Source of the DNA: Negaprion brevirostris
Lineage: Eukaryota
Direction: 5' to 3'
DNA: 64,000 nucleotides
NCBI GenBank assembly: GCA_030324005.1
Contig: JARDVH010000121.1
Span: 42,011,715 to 42,075,714 of the forward strand
How positions within the stretch are numbered: position 1 is the first letter of the stretch; every line of letters begins with the position of its first letter. Shown here piece after piece: positions 47,701-59,119 of the stretch. The notes below the pieces were generated by a model. It was not told the origin of the DNA, searched no databases, and saw only the letters and a program-made list of their open reading frames with translations. A program made the translations under genes and the position numbers.

Positions 47701-50700
47701 ATGACTGTAACACTACATTCTGCATGCTCTTGTTTCCTTCTCTATGAATGGTATGTTCTGACTGTATAGCATGCAAGAAACAATACTTTTCACTGTAGGT
47801 TAATACATGTGACAATAATAAATCAAATCAAAATAATCAAATTGAAGTGTGGGCTTCAATGCAAATAGAGCAGATACTTTTAACTTCTTGTTTTAGTCAG
47901 AGAAAGGGTCCAAGAACAATTAACGATGGGGTAGATGTAAAGACAAAGAGACACACAGAACATAATCAACCAAAGTACAAATGCTAACCACAGATTAGTT
48001 CTGGATGTTAGGTTTATATGAATCTCAGTCATAGGAGAAAGGACAGACAATAAGACTCTAAATGAAGTCATCCACAAATCCAATACAACCTACTAATTGG
48101 AAAATAAGTATCCTATTATGCTTTAAATCAATTTGGTCAGAAACAAAAAGCTGGCAAAAAACAATCATGTTTTCTTTGATTTCTTTCGATTTCCATTGTT
48201 AGCTTCTGATTTAATGATTGTGTTGGAGGCAGAATGTTATAAATGTGAGGTGATGCATTTTGGCCGGAATAATGTAGGGGGGAGTTATATGATTAAGGGT
48301 AAGCCCATAAGGAGTATAGAATCGCAGTGAGACCTGGGGGTGCAAGTGCACAAGTCTTTGAAGGTGGCAGTACAAGTGGAGAAGGTTGTGAAGAAAGCCT
48401 ATGGTNNNNNNNNNNNNNNNNNNNNNNNNNNNNNNNNNNNNNNNNNNNNNNNNNNNNNNNNNNNNNNNNNNNNNNNNNNNNNNNNNNNNNNNNNNNNNNN
48501 NNNNNTCCCTCAATGTGGATGGCCATAAAACAATAGGTAAGGGTCACGGGTGGAGGGGTGGACTGGTGGTGTTAAAATGGTGGCACGGGCTCGTTGGGCC
48601 GAAGGGCCTGTTTCCCGGGCTGTTTTGTTCTTTGTTCAGAACAAATTTGGACATTATTAGGGGTTGACATTGATGTGCTCATAACCATTTATCTTGATCT
48701 TGGTAACAATGTACTTAAGAATTCTTAAGTACACGTTAAGGAATGATACTGATCCAAATGTAGTTAACAACAGGAGTTCGAGAATCACATTGTAACATTG
48801 AGATGTAACAAATTAACAAATCATTCAAGCTTAACTTTCTGACAAAATATTTTTTGCACTGTTAGCATCAGTTCAAAAAGATTGAATTTTTAAAGTTTTT
48901 CTGGGGAGAGGGAAAGGTAGCAACCAATTGCAAATATGAAAACAATAAACCTGATACTCATGTTAATCGTGGTTGTTTTGAAATAGTGTAAATATTCCAT
49001 TACCTAAATTATCAGAGCCATTGATAAAGAATTTTAAGCCAATGAAGATGGTGTCTGTTGATTTCAACTAATTTTGCTGAAATAGACACCGTGGATTAAT
49101 TAAACAATGAAAGATGTACTGGAGGGGTAGGAAAGGCCCGCTCACACTCTTTTTTACATGTAAACAGAAATGGCATTTATATGTCAGAAACAAGAAGATG
49201 TCTACATTTTAACAATCAGAGCCAGCTTGGCTTTGAAAAGCTTGAAAACGGATGAACCCAAATTTAGTGGATTCGTAATGAGTGTCTTTTTTCATATCCA
49301 AGGAGCATAAAGTGGCTGTTCTCACACTGAAACTGTATCCTGTTCATTCATATATCGTGTATAAATTAGCTACTAATTTGAAGTTGTGCCTCACCTTGGT
49401 AACAGTCTGATTTAATCAGTGTATTGTAAAGGGAGAATGCGCGAGGCAAGACGTGCTACCTTTCAATGACCGATATATAGGAACAATCTGTTACAATTCC
49501 AAGGTCATGGTTTTTGAAAAATATTGAACAGAAAAAGGATGCACCCAAGATTGTTGAGGATTATGGGTCTTCCTAATAGGGTGACTGATGACACTTCGTT
49601 TTAGAACAAAAGAAAATGACTATATGAAAAACCAGACTGATCAGGGTTTGGCAACTGAAAATTACTCATACTTCTGCCCAAGTTCAATTTGTTTATTGGG
49701 AGTCATTGGAAATCTGGATCCGTGGGCAATGTTGTAAACTATAACAATCAAATGTCATTATTTTAAATTCCTTTGCATTTGATGTATAGAACATAGAACA
49801 TTACAGCGCAGAACAGGCCCTTTGGCCCACGATGTTGCGCCAACCAGTTAAAAAGCAATGACCCTCTAACCTAAACCAANNNNNNNNNNNNNNNNNNNNN
49901 NNNNNNNNNNNNNNNNNNNNNNNNNNNNNNNNNNNNNNNNNNNNNNNNNNNNNNNNNNNNNNNNNNNNNNNNNNNNNNNAATAACTATAAATCCTATCCC
50001 TAATAATTTTTTCTAAAACCTTGCCCACAACAGAAGTAAGGCTCACCGGTCTATAGGTCCCGGGGAAGTCTCTGTTCCCCTTCTTAAACAATGGGACAAC
50101 ATTCGCTATCCTCCAATCTTCTGGCACTGCGGCTTTGATTTTAATAAAACAACACTATTTAAATGTTGGTGTCAAATCACTGACATACGATGCCATCATT
50201 GTCTACATGTTACTTGGCCACCGAGTAGATTGAAAAAGATTATGTGCCCTCATCACATCTTAGTTATATATTATCTGCAACAATGGGATACTAGTGTTGG
50301 ATAATTTTTTAAAAAGTGATGTCTAAATACCGATGAGCTGAAGGTAAAGATACTTTAGGCTGTGGTGGAGTCCAGTTCCGAGCTTCTGATGTTTCAATGG
50401 ACCATTCTCTACCATCAGCTAAGGTAGCAATCTGAAAATCGATAAGGAAATAAGTACATTAGTATTGTCTCTCAGAATGACAAATGAGACAGTTAGCAAT
50501 TTTTTTTACTTGTAATTTTAGAACATAATATGGATCAGGAAATTTTTTTTAAAACTACATTGATATGAATGTGTACATTGTTAATGATGCAGAAGCTAGG
50601 TGGTTACCAAGAAACAAGTTGAAAACATAAGCTGAACCCCAACTCCAGTATTTGCTCAAAAGTAACAGAACATAAAATAAAGGTGCAACAATTGAAATGA

Positions 50701-53700
50701 TGCATAAACATTGTTTTTAAAACATCTCCCAAAAAAGTTCCTAAATATTCTTTACGTAAAATTGTGGGAAAAGTCCTTGCAGTAGCTATTTTCTGAATTG
50801 ATTAAAATTCTTGCTTGTTTGGTTACTAATTGTTAATACAACACACACGCGAAGTGCTAATCTAATCTCAAATTGTGGATCATTTTGCATCATGAATGAG
50901 GAGAGATTAAACAGTTGGGGTTTGTACTTGCTGGAGTTTAGAAGGATGAGAGGGGGTCTGATCAAGGTATCCAAAATTTTAAAGGGGATTGATAAAGTAA
51001 NNNNNNNNNNNNNNNNNNNNNNNNNNNNNNNNNNNNNNNNNNNNNNNNNNNNNNNNNNCGGCAGATATAATACTGAGATGAGGAGAAACTACTTCTCGCA
51101 GAGGGTGGTGAATCTGTGGAACTCACTGCTCCATAGTGAGGGAGATAAAAATATTTCTAACAAAAAGGGAAAAGGGATATGAAGAACAGATGGGGAGGTA
51201 AATTTGAGACCAGGAAGAGATCAGCCATGATCTCGTTGAATGGCAGAGCAGGCTGAATTTGGCTATTTCTGCTCCTATTTCCTATGTTTTTAGAAACATG
51301 CACAACATTCAATATTTTAAGGATAAATACACGTTGGCTATTTGTTACAGCAACATATTCTTTATGATATCCCACTGACAACATGCTGATGGAAGGCGCA
51401 AGTAAACAAGTTATTAAAAGAACTAGCAGAAATGGATAAAAATTAAAATGGATAAACAAAGGACAGACATAGGCATTTACTGATCCCAATTATTTCTATT
51501 TTCCTCTTCTGAAATACCTTGGGATGCTTTATTACCTTGAAGTAGTTATATATAAATGCAAGTTGCTGTTGTTCTTCTTCTTCTATTATAAAATAGAAGA
51601 GCATAAATCCAATCCCAACTACCTCATATTATCCTCCAAATTGATATGCTTTATCCAATATTATAAAATCCATGCAAACGCCTTAAGCTTAGACTCCCCA
51701 AACAGCACAGCAAGTTTAGTCCGAGTAGCTGAATCTTTCATATCAGGAGGATCCAAGTTCAATTCCCAATCTGTGCTAATTGGTCTCATTCAGATGGTAG
51801 TTAGGCTTCTACGAAACTGAACTATCGCTCCCAGGTGACAGAATGAAAAGTATTGGAAAAGGTTTCCCACTCCTGAACACAATACAGCAGCCCCTGTTGG
51901 ATGTCTGCACACGTTGACAGTAATTAAATGAGAAAATCAACAGGCAATCAAGCAGGAGCCAAAGCTATATTCACACACAAAGTTCCTTGATAAAGATTCC
52001 ATTAAGATGATATCCATGAAATTTTCCCCCAGGAAGGAAGCTTCTGAAGGAACCTTCAGAAGNNNNNNNNNNNNNNNNNNNNNNNNNNNNNNNNNNNNNN
52101 NNNNNNNNNNNNNNNNNNNNNNNNNNNNNNNNNNNNNNNNNNNNNNNNNNNNNNNNNNNNNNAAGGAACCTTCAGAAGATTAAAGTTGGAAAAACAGATA
52201 GGCAGCAGCATTAGCAAGTAAAATATGATTATTTGCACATTTATTAAAATATTTGATGATTAATTTAAACTGTGATGTTTTAAACTCTGATGTTTATGCT
52301 TGTCCTTAGATTGCTTTCTTGTCAATTAATAGACTTTTATCAGAAGCAGATGAACATTTTGCTTAAAATCAGATCACTCCAGTGTCAGATAACAGCAATA
52401 CATACTTTTTGAACCTTTGGACAGATTAATTCATGTCTTTTCTTTCTTTCCATAGCACTTTCCTGTGTCTCCCAAAGAATTTCAGACAATAAACGAAAGA
52501 ACGACCGATACTGTTTTCAAATAGCACCATGCAATCCTCAAAATCACATGGGATACTGGACAGGAAGGTATGACACTGGACATAAAGTTGTGACCTTAGT
52601 TTAATGACTTATCCAAAGAAGAACATTTGTGGCAACAAAGCACTTTCTCATATTCATGGTTGGAGTTTGGACCCAAAATGTTCTGACTCAAAGGCAAGAT
52701 TGCTCTCGAGAGCTTTCTTGATACCTAGAAGTTTAACTTAAACAGGTTTTTAATTGTTTTTAAAAAATGGAAGTGCAGTACATGTGCTTTCCAGAAAATA
52801 AACAATTCATTAACATGCATCTGCACAGCAAGATTCTGGATGGCAATATATGAAAAATCATTATAATCATCATTAACTAGCAACAAACATAATGAAGGAC
52901 AATTTACGCTTTTAGGCTTATTTTAGTACAAATATTGAGATATGTGATCCATCACACTTATCTGCCATATATATTACGATCACTTGTTGTATGGCAACTG
53001 GGCAATAAACTAAATACGACCAAATGTACCTTAAAAGAGCTGAAGCAAACCTGTTCTTTTGAAGATTCTGACATTTTACAAATAGCCTGCACCAAAGGTT
53101 TTGCAACTAGACGAAACTGGGATCAGGTTAGAAAAACAAATGAATAAAAGTTTCAGCTAAGCATTCTAAGGATCTATGCAATGACAAATGAATGAAGTAA
53201 TAAAGCTTTGCTTAATAAGATTATACATTTCAATCACTGGTAACTTAAGCCTAATACAGTCAAATTGATTTTAAGAAAAAGCCTCAAAGTCTCTATATCT
53301 CCATAATTTATGATCACTCAACAGCATATAAACAACATCATTGCAATAACTATAGTACCTTGTCTCTGTAAAAAGCTGCAGCACGACTATTATACTTCTC
53401 CTGAAGTGACCAACATGAATCGTAATCCTGTGACTCCAGAAATTGGCGGAATTTTGCATTGCCTCCAACTTTCATCTTCTCCAACTCTAAATCCTTCCAT
53501 TTATCCATGGTGACAGACCGTACAAAGCTAGAGGATAGTAGGAAACTATTTTATTGCACCCATTAAACAGACATGCGATTCTCAAAAGGTTTTGGAAAAA
53601 AAATTGGCCATACATATTGAAAACAGGGAAGCCTGGTGTGAAATCAACAACATAAAAAAGTGGCTCCACACAATCACAATTATTGAAACATTAAAACACA

Positions 53701-56700
53701 TTATACATTTGAATTTTGTCTAAATTATTCCCACCCGAAACACTAAAACATGAGACCAAACAAACCAAAAGGATTATTCCCAAAAAATGAGATTAGTCTG
53801 TTTTCCAATGATACAATTAACTTATCTACATTAGGTTAAACTGGCCTACTGTATTAATTCTCATTTCTGGCAAAGCAAATATCTTCCAGACACATGCTAC
53901 TTCAAAGTGGATGAGGCAGAATTGAAGCCTCCAGTTAGTCAGCTAAGCACAGTTAGCAAGACTGCTGCAATTGCAACCAGCATCCTCAAGGAGGATAAAG
54001 AAACAAAATCAGTCTACAAAAACATTGAGAGCTAATCCCCTAACAAACTGCTGCCACACAACATGACGGATGAAGTTGGACATGGGGACAATGGGTTTTC
54101 ACTTCTGATAGCCATGTTAAAGTTCCACACAAGCTGATAGGTTTTAAAATCCCCTCTGTCCTCTGTGAAATACATTTGGGCAGTTCCAATATGTTTCCCT
54201 GTGAACATGGCAAAACATATCTTTCAGTGTTATTTGGCAATCTCACTCAGACAACATAATGGCTATTGGGACTAAGTCATGTCGCTGGGATACAGTTATG
54301 GCTTTGAAATGCTTGACTCAGTTTACTTGGAGCGCACAGGGACCCTGAAATAAGAGTTTCATTCCTCAAGGCAACATCCCTAACTATAACTTCTACAAAA
54401 AAATTAAAATGCCTCACCAAATATATAACACTCACAATATTAACATTTCTTAATTTTAAATCTATTTAATAATAGTGCCTTCAGTGTCCTAAATGTATTA
54501 AATCTGTATTAGGTATAGTTCAGTCATAATGCATCATTCAAGTGGCTATTATCATACGAGTCTTGACACAACAGCAGATTTTCAATAACATATGAAAGTC
54601 CAGAAAGGAGTAGAACCAGAATTTAATTTTTCACTGTACCCAGAGACAACTCTGGCAGTTACAATGGCCCACATGGTTCAGACTTTCACCAGACAAATCA
54701 ACTGAGGAATCAATGTTTAACTTCCATTTTACAGTTAACTTTGCTTCTTTTTTAACCCATGCTTATACCTGAGGTGGACGCCTAGACCTCTGTGCTTTCC
54801 TGAGCACTCAAGACAAATCCATATTCCATAGGTCACACTGACCCACTGTGGATTGAAAGCTCCACATTCAAAGCAAATCTAGGAGAGAGAAAATAGACAT
54901 TATACAAAACATAACAAATATAAATATAGGGTGGAATTCTCACATCGCAATGTGGGGGTTTGGTAGCAGGAGGGAACAGGGAATCTAGCTGGCGCCAAAA
55001 AGTCAGAAACCCAACAGTGTAAAATCATGTTGCAACACTCCCAATGGCAGGTTGGCCTTCCTTCTGATTGGAGGCATGAATGCAATTTACATTCATTTGC
55101 ATTTCTTGAATGCTCATTTAAACATCTGGTCACCAGTGTTTCATTAGGCCTTACAACCTTATATCACACCAGATTATATCAGTCAGAAAACAATTGCTAA
55201 AAGATGGCATTCAGAAGATGACCCTCAGGTCATATGAGACTTCGAAGTCAGTGCAACAAAGTCTTTCTGCCATTGTGTCGCACTGCCCCGATGCACTGAA
55301 CACCACTCTGCCCAGGCAGGCTAGTTTCTGTCTTCCGACTCCTTTGAGGTTTTCATGGACAGCTAGTGGTACACACCAGTATCTATTTGGAGACTACTGT
55401 GCTTCAGTTCACACGTAGCCAACGCAACGAATATCTGGCCAATCTAGTCTGCAATGACTCTCTGAAAATGCCTCCCATCCAGGCCCACAACCTCCACCCT
55501 GTCCTCATAACGCCACACATTTACCATGGCCAATCCACCTAACCTGCACATCGCTGGACTGTTGGAGCAAATCGGAGTACCTAGAGGAAACTTATACAGA
55601 CACAGAGAGAACGTGCAAACTTCACACAGATAGTCACCCAAGGCCAGGATCGAAACCAGGTCCCAGATGCTGTGCTAACCACTGTATCATCAAACCAAGC
55701 AATGGAAGACACCTACCTCCTATAAAAGCACTTTTTTCAGTAAAATCTTGTCAAATTGCCTAAAATAATTATGCAATAGAAAACATACTAGATTGTAAAA
55801 CTGTGTACCAATGATTACAAACAGCACCCATTGTCTAAACAAAACCGTTAAATGTACTGAACTGAATTTTTTTTATANNNNNNNNNNNNNNNNNNNNNNN
55901 NNNNNNNNNNNNNNNNNNNNNNNNNNNNNNNNNNNNNNNNNNNNNNNNNNNNNNNNNNNNNNNNNNNNNNNNNNNNNGAGGGGTGATCTTATAGAGGTCT
56001 ATAAAATAATGAGGGGCACAGATCAGCGAGATAGTCAATATCTTTTCCCAAAAGGTAGGGGAGTCTAAAACTAGAGGGCGTAGGTTTAAGGTGAGAGGGG
56101 AGAGGGTCCAAAGGGGTAATTTTTTATCACACAGAGGGTGGTGAATGTCTGGAACGAGCTGCCAGAGGCAGGAGTAGAGGGGGTACAATTTTGTCTTTTA
56201 AAAAGCATTTAGATAGTTACATGAGTATAGAGGGATATGGGGCAAATGTGGGCAACTGGGATTAGCTTAGGGGTTTAAAAAAAAAGGACAGCGTGGATGT
56301 GTTGGGCCGAAGGGCCTGATTCCATGCTGCAAACCTGTATGTCTCCAATGTGTTACTTGTTTAGTTAAAGTTCCTGGTTATTTAACTAAAGTACCTTGCT
56401 AATTATTCACTACAAGCGAGTGTCAGGCCTTAATGTTTATTAAACTCTGAACATTATTTAAGGACAGGTAATACCTTCTCAAATAATTGTAGCAGATTAT
56501 GACACAAGGCCAAGGGGATTTACCTCTGCGTCGTGACAGATGATATCATTTGGCCATCGACTCCACTTCAGCAAAGGGGAACTGCTGGTCTCTATCCGCC
56601 CTGTCCGTGCCCCCTCATAATCTCGTACACCTCGGTCAGGTCGCCCCTCGGTCTCCTCTGCCCCAGAGCAAACGACCCAAGCCCTCTCCAGCCCGAACGT

Positions 56701-57248
56701 TCCGGCCCAGGCAGCATCCTGGAGAATCTCCTCCGCCCTCCCTCCAGCCTGGTTCACCTTTCCGAAACTTCAGTTCATCAAACGGATAGTCTCCCCTTCT
56801 CCCAGGCGACGGGGTTGGCAAAATGTCCCTCGGAGAGGGTGTGGAGAACGGCACAGTGGGTTAGCGCCGCTGCCTCGCGGTACCAGGGACCCGGGTTTGA
56901 TTCCCCGGCTTGGGTCACTGTCTGTGTGGAGTTTGCACATTCTCCCAGTGTCTGCATGGGTTTCCTCTGGGTGCTCCGGTTTCCTCCTACATCCAAAAGG
57001 TGTGCTGGTTAGGTGCATCGGCCATGCTAAATTCTCCCTCGGTGTACCCAAACAGTCAATGGAGTGTGGTGATAAGGGGAATTTCACAGTAACTTAATTG
57101 CAGTGTTAATGTAAGCTTTACTTGTGACTAATAAAAACTTTATTTGCAAAACATTAGATTATATTAACATTTTCCTGTGGTTACATACATTGTTTTCATC
57201 TTGAGTTCTCACTTCTTTGAGAACCCGCCTTGTTCTTGGACTTGCCAT
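29478..57248 (-). CDS. ARFGAP1: ADP-ribosylation factor GTPase-activating protein 1; span of the spliced CDS (12 core coding exons plus 1 alternative 30-nt exon)
   Basis: Spliced translation begins [20 protein letters not shown], contains the CxxC-x16-CxxC ArfGAP zinc finger and the ALPS-type segments, and ends [10 protein letters not shown]. All introns are GT-AG with consistent phases, and exon sizes (60,110,169,101,84,gap,57,33,[30],57,60,83,301) mirror the mammalian gene. Confidence 0.98.
30581..30663 (-). CDS. ARFGAP1: ARFGAP1 coding exon 11 ([28 protein letters not shown]), ALPS2
   Basis: ccatag|GTA CAG GGA...GAA AG|gtaatg; 83 nt. Confidence 0.96.
31716..31775 (-). CDS. ARFGAP1: ARFGAP1 coding exon 10 ([20 protein letters not shown]), ALPS2
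   Basis: acacag|GTG AAA...AAT AAG|gtatgc; 60 nt. Confidence 0.96.
31970..32200 (+). mobile_element. Short tRNA-derived SINE (third family)
   Basis: A-box-like taactcagatggc and B box gggttcaattccc, followed by a non-tRNA body. Confidence 0.6.
33120..33920 (+). mobile_element. Heavily decayed CR1 RT fragment spanning a gap
   Basis: catttgataagatgccacat (AFDKVPH) and atgcagttcaatgcagaa (MQFN.EKC) remnants. Confidence 0.65.
34620..35041 (+). mobile_element. DeuSINE (SacSINE1/AmnSINE1-related)
   Basis: tRNA head (ggattcaagtccc), Deu-like core aaaagttcccatggcacgatttggaagaagagc, tail gtgaaagaggcaatataactgca. Confidence 0.7.
35758..35814 (-). CDS. ARFGAP1: ARFGAP1 coding exon 9 ([19 protein letters not shown])
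   Basis: aaatag|GCT ACA...GAC AAG|gtaacg; 57 nt. Confidence 0.96.
37249..37316. repeat. Near-perfect inverted repeat with 33-bp arms and a 2-nt spacer
   Basis: atttttcaggaactgattttgaaccgtaatttg-ca-caaattatggttcaaagtcagttcctgaaaaat; 31/33 complementary. Confidence 0.95.
37422..37427 (-). promoter_or_regulatory. RBFOX-type splicing element TGCATG, 20 nt downstream of the 30-nt alternative exon donor
   Basis: Minus strand gtaaagtgcctgttttctgTGCATGtcag; this position is typical of RBFOX-activated exons. Confidence 0.6.
37447..37476 (-). CDS. ARFGAP1: ARFGAP1 alternative 30-nt exon ([10 protein letters not shown])
   Basis: ggataaag|GTT TGG GGC TAC AAG CAG CAG CCA GAG CCG|gtaaag; phase 0-0; matches the mammalian tissue-specific insert FWGHKQQPEP at 8/10 residues. 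Confidence 0.92.
37740..37772 (-). CDS. ARFGAP1: ARFGAP1 coding exon 8 ([11 protein letters not shown])
   Basis: aaacag|GCA GCA...CAA AAG|gtactg; 33 nt; homologous to mammalian ATKFGSQASQK. Confidence 0.93.
37860..40300 (-). mobile_element. CR1 (HER1-like) LINE: frameshifted ORF2 from the endonuclease C-terminus through RT to the 3' tail, with an internal gap
   Basis: Minus ORFs [46 protein letters not shown]...[25 protein letters not shown]...[11 protein letters not shown]. Confidence 0.93.
40560..40616 (-). CDS. ARFGAP1: ARFGAP1 coding exon 7 ([19 protein letters not shown]), ALPS1
   Basis: ttttacag|GGT TGG...GAA GGT|gtaagt; 57 nt. Confidence 0.97.
40792..41052. mobile_element. Penelope-like element remnant in inverted (palindromic) configuration, inserted in a SINE head
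   Basis: Arms acagtaagaagtctgacaacaccaggttttagtccaaccgatttattt and its reverse complement; 10-bp direct repeat atagcacagt at 40782-40791 and 41053-41062. Family assignment is from memory of vertebrate PLE ends. Confidence 0.65.
41053..41300 (+). mobile_element. V-SINE, second-tail type, with internal deletions
   Basis: gcacagtggttagcac...gggacccgg head; tail cacagtaacttcattgcagtgttaacgtaagccttacttgtgactaataaa. Confidence 0.88.
42528..42626 (-). CDS. ARFGAP1: ARFGAP1 coding exon 6 ([17 protein letters not shown]-[gap][13 protein letters not shown]), start of ALPS1
   Basis: tttaaag|T GGT...TAT TCG|gtatga; contains the conserved RYVGFGN motif; N-gap at 42566-42575 lies inside the exon. Confidence 0.93.
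42733..42816 (-). CDS. ARFGAP1: ARFGAP1 coding exon 5 ([28 protein letters not shown])
   Basis: ttcattag|C AGC TCT...CAA AG|gtaaaa; 84 nt. The TAGCAG tandem acceptor also allows 81 nt. Confidence 0.94.
44400..44930 (-). mobile_element. Old CR1 fragment
   Basis: ttttgtactct..., gcacaccccaggtccct and caaactttgaaatt remnants shared with 22930-24650. Confidence 0.55.
45600..46830 (-). mobile_element. Old CR1 fragment split by a solo LTR
   Basis: Minus [17 protein letters not shown]; the CR1 sequence resumes on both sides of 45753-46550. Confidence 0.65.
45753..46550 (+). mobile_element. Solo LTR, same family as 9619-10462, antisense to ARFGAP1
   Basis: TG...CA termini, AATAAA near 46403, 4-bp flanks ttag/tcag. 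Confidence 0.85.
46835..47110 (+). mobile_element. Decayed tRNA-SINE (family of 18985-19330)
   Basis: aaaaaatctggaattgaaagct and gggaaggaaatc...tggcctacat...gcaatgtggttaactct. Confidence 0.7.
47292..47832 (+). mobile_element. Rex1/Babar-like LINE 3' end
   Basis: [24 protein letters not shown]...[19 protein letters not shown]...[10 protein letters not shown]; tail gtgacaataataaatcaaatcaaa. Confidence 0.9.
48230..48635 (+). mobile_element. CR1 LINE 3' fragment spanning a gap
   Basis: [11 protein letters not shown] and [25 protein letters not shown]; tail gggccgaagggcctgttt. Confidence 0.88.
49785..50127 (-). mobile_element. CR1 LINE collapsed across a gap
   Basis: [41 protein letters not shown]; tail agaacatagaacattacagcgcagaacaggccc. 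Confidence 0.92.
50331..50431 (-). CDS. ARFGAP1: ARFGAP1 coding exon 4 ([34 protein letters not shown])
   Basis: gattttcag|ATT GCT...CAT CG|gtattt; 101 nt. Confidence 0.97.
50890..51290 (+). mobile_element. CR1 LINE 3' end
   Basis: [34 protein letters not shown]...[15 protein letters not shown]; tail gctcctatttcctatg. Confidence 0.9.
53359..53527 (-). CDS. ARFGAP1: ARFGAP1 coding exon 3 ([56 protein letters not shown])
   Basis: tcctctag|C TTT GTA...GAC AAG|gtacta; 169 nt. Confidence 0.98.
54769..54878 (-). CDS. ARFGAP1: ARFGAP1 coding exon 2 ([37 protein letters not shown]): zinc finger and catalytic Arg
   Basis: ctctcctag|ATT...CTC AG|gtataa; 110 nt. Confidence 0.98.
54929..55440. mobile_element. 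Longer (~510 bp) MITE with Harbinger-like termini
   Basis: Left gggtggaattctc and right rc ggccagatattcg resemble the TIRs of 8897-9022 and 20502-20641. Confidence 0.5.
55445..55690 (-). mobile_element. HE1-like V-SINE
   Basis: catggccaatccacctaacctgcacatc core and gtcacccaaggcc...gatcgaaacc head. Confidence 0.85.
55978..56345 (+). mobile_element. CR1 LINE 3' end
   Basis: [13 protein letters not shown]; acacagagggtggtgaatgtctggaac; tail gggccgaagggcctg. Confidence 0.9.
56560..56765 (-). mobile_element. CR1 fragment, unusually GC/CpG-rich
   Basis: Homologous to 38326-38382 (rc) and to 1-55. Confidence 0.8.
56849..57140 (+). mobile_element. V-SINE, second-tail type
   Basis: Full head, V-core and tail aatttcacagtaacttaattgcagtgttaatgtaagctttacttgtgactaataaa. 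Confidence 0.92.
57189..57248 (-). CDS. ARFGAP1: ARFGAP1 coding exon 1 ([20 protein letters not shown]); 5 nt of UTR up to the acceptor at 57253
   Basis: tttgtttctag|acaat ATG ... AAC AAT|gtatgt; 60 nt coding. Confidence 0.97.
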
Positions 57249-58469
57249 ATTGTCTAGAAACAAAAAGGAGGAAACAATTACAATGCAGTACATCACTGTT
57301 GGATAGCTGCAGTTCAATCCCTACAGAAAAAGGTAAAACGTTGAATGAATACACAACCAAAAATGTAATTTTCAATCTGAATATCAATAAAAAAAAGCAT
57401 ATTCACAGAATGGCAAGAAGTCACAACAACTTGAAACAAATGGTTGTAAAGAAGCTACAATACTTGAAAACTAAAATAACATATAACACTGGATAAATAT
57501 AACTGGATAGTCAGTATTTGTGAAGAGGCATGTTTTGGTGCACTCTTCATCAAACTTGAAGCCTAAAAGTAGCCATTTCAGTAAGATCAGAGAGAGAAAG
57601 GGTAAAGAAGGGCAGATAGAGAACCAACGACAATGATAGCGAAGATCATGATGGATTGGAGACTTGAAAATATTATGGAAAGATCAGTGAGAAAATGAAG
57701 CTAGAAGAAAATTTATATAGCTACTGCAATGAAAAACATGGGAGAAAGCCACACAAACAAAAAGAACATAAGGGGAACACAAACAAAAAGGGAAAGCTGT
57801 AAATATAGATGTGAACTTACAACAGAAAATGATAGGCCTACCACTGCAGAAAATTAACAGGGTCAACATGACAGGTTCAAAACTCTGGCAGCATTGTATT
57901 CTGATGACCTTGGTATCAAACTGCTTCTCCTGGACCCACACTACAAGCATATCTTGTTGTAAAACAAGTGGGGATATATCTATAGTGCAAAGGTACTAAT
58001 GCCAATGTTCACATTGGAGGGCTACATAGTGCACAGGAGGAAAGACAGATAATGCAATTTGTTTTTACAGTGAAACACTTTTTTCCCCTTCCCTGTGTGA
58101 CAGATAATTTTCTGGGTTTATCAGAACTTTTTTCATAACATTAAAATTACTCAAGTCAACCACATGCCAAACAATAATGCAGTTGACTACAGCTTAGTGG
58201 ATAAAAATACAAAGTAACAAATGCTAAAAAAAAATCAAAAATGAGTGCAGGAAACGCTAGAATACATGGCAAAGTCAGTCAGCATCAGTCAGGAGAGCTA
58301 TGTTATTGCCTATATTTTCCCTTTGCAAATGCTGATTAACCTTTTGTGTAGTTCCACCATTTTCTCTTTTTATAATTTTTGGCCAAANNNNNNNNNNGAT
58401 CAAGCCTAGTGCCATGATTTGATCAAACCATCTATTTTGACAATTCAATGCGATACTGAGAAAATGTTA

Positions 58470-58770
58470 CATTGCTACGGATGCCAGGCAAAACATTAAA
58501 TCATCTATATCTCAGATGGTATTATTGGAAAAATACAGCTCATCTGAGTTCTGAAACAACCTTGCCCATGCAATCAACATCAGGCAAAAAAAAACAGATT
58601 AGTCAGTCATTCATGTCATTGCTGTCTAGGACCTTTGTGTACAAATCAGCTGCCAACCTTTCTTGCAATACTAGTGAATATACTGCAAACAGTAACTCAT
58701 CGGTTGTGAACGGTTTTGGGACAAACAGAGAATTTGAAAAGGTACTACGCAAATGCAATTTTTAAAATTC
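58470..58770 (+). mobile_element. Decayed DeuSINE fragment
   Basis: tcattgctgtctaggacctttgtgtacaaatcagctgcc and tttgggac...tgaaaaggtactacgcaaatgca, like 34620-35041. Confidence 0.5.
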
Positions 58771-59119
58771 CTTTCAAAGTTTTGAAACAGAGCTGAGAAG
58801 GAATTGGTCCAGCACGTACAGACAAAGTTATACAGTATCTTTAAGCACAAAAGGAAATCCATTCTGTATCTTTTCTTGAAGCTTGTACTCAGTGCAGAAG
58901 TAGTGTGGCACTGCTGCTGCACAGTCTCACCATTTCTGCACCTTAATGTTGTAGTCTAATATACTGACAGTCTTGCTGTAAATGTACGTCAGAGCTTTGA
59001 AGCCTACCTTTGACATTGGATTGTGGTGACTAATGTGCTTACATTTGTAATTTTGCCACATTTGAGGAGCATTAATTGGTATGCTTCAAATGCATAGATA
59101 AGCTATTACACTGGATTAC

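Noticed and set aside
52041-52178. Hairpin cttctgaagg-aa-ccttcagaag with duplicated sequence across the 100-N gap
   Set aside because: The duplication is probably an assembly overlap artefact, and the short hairpin cannot be trusted at a contig end.
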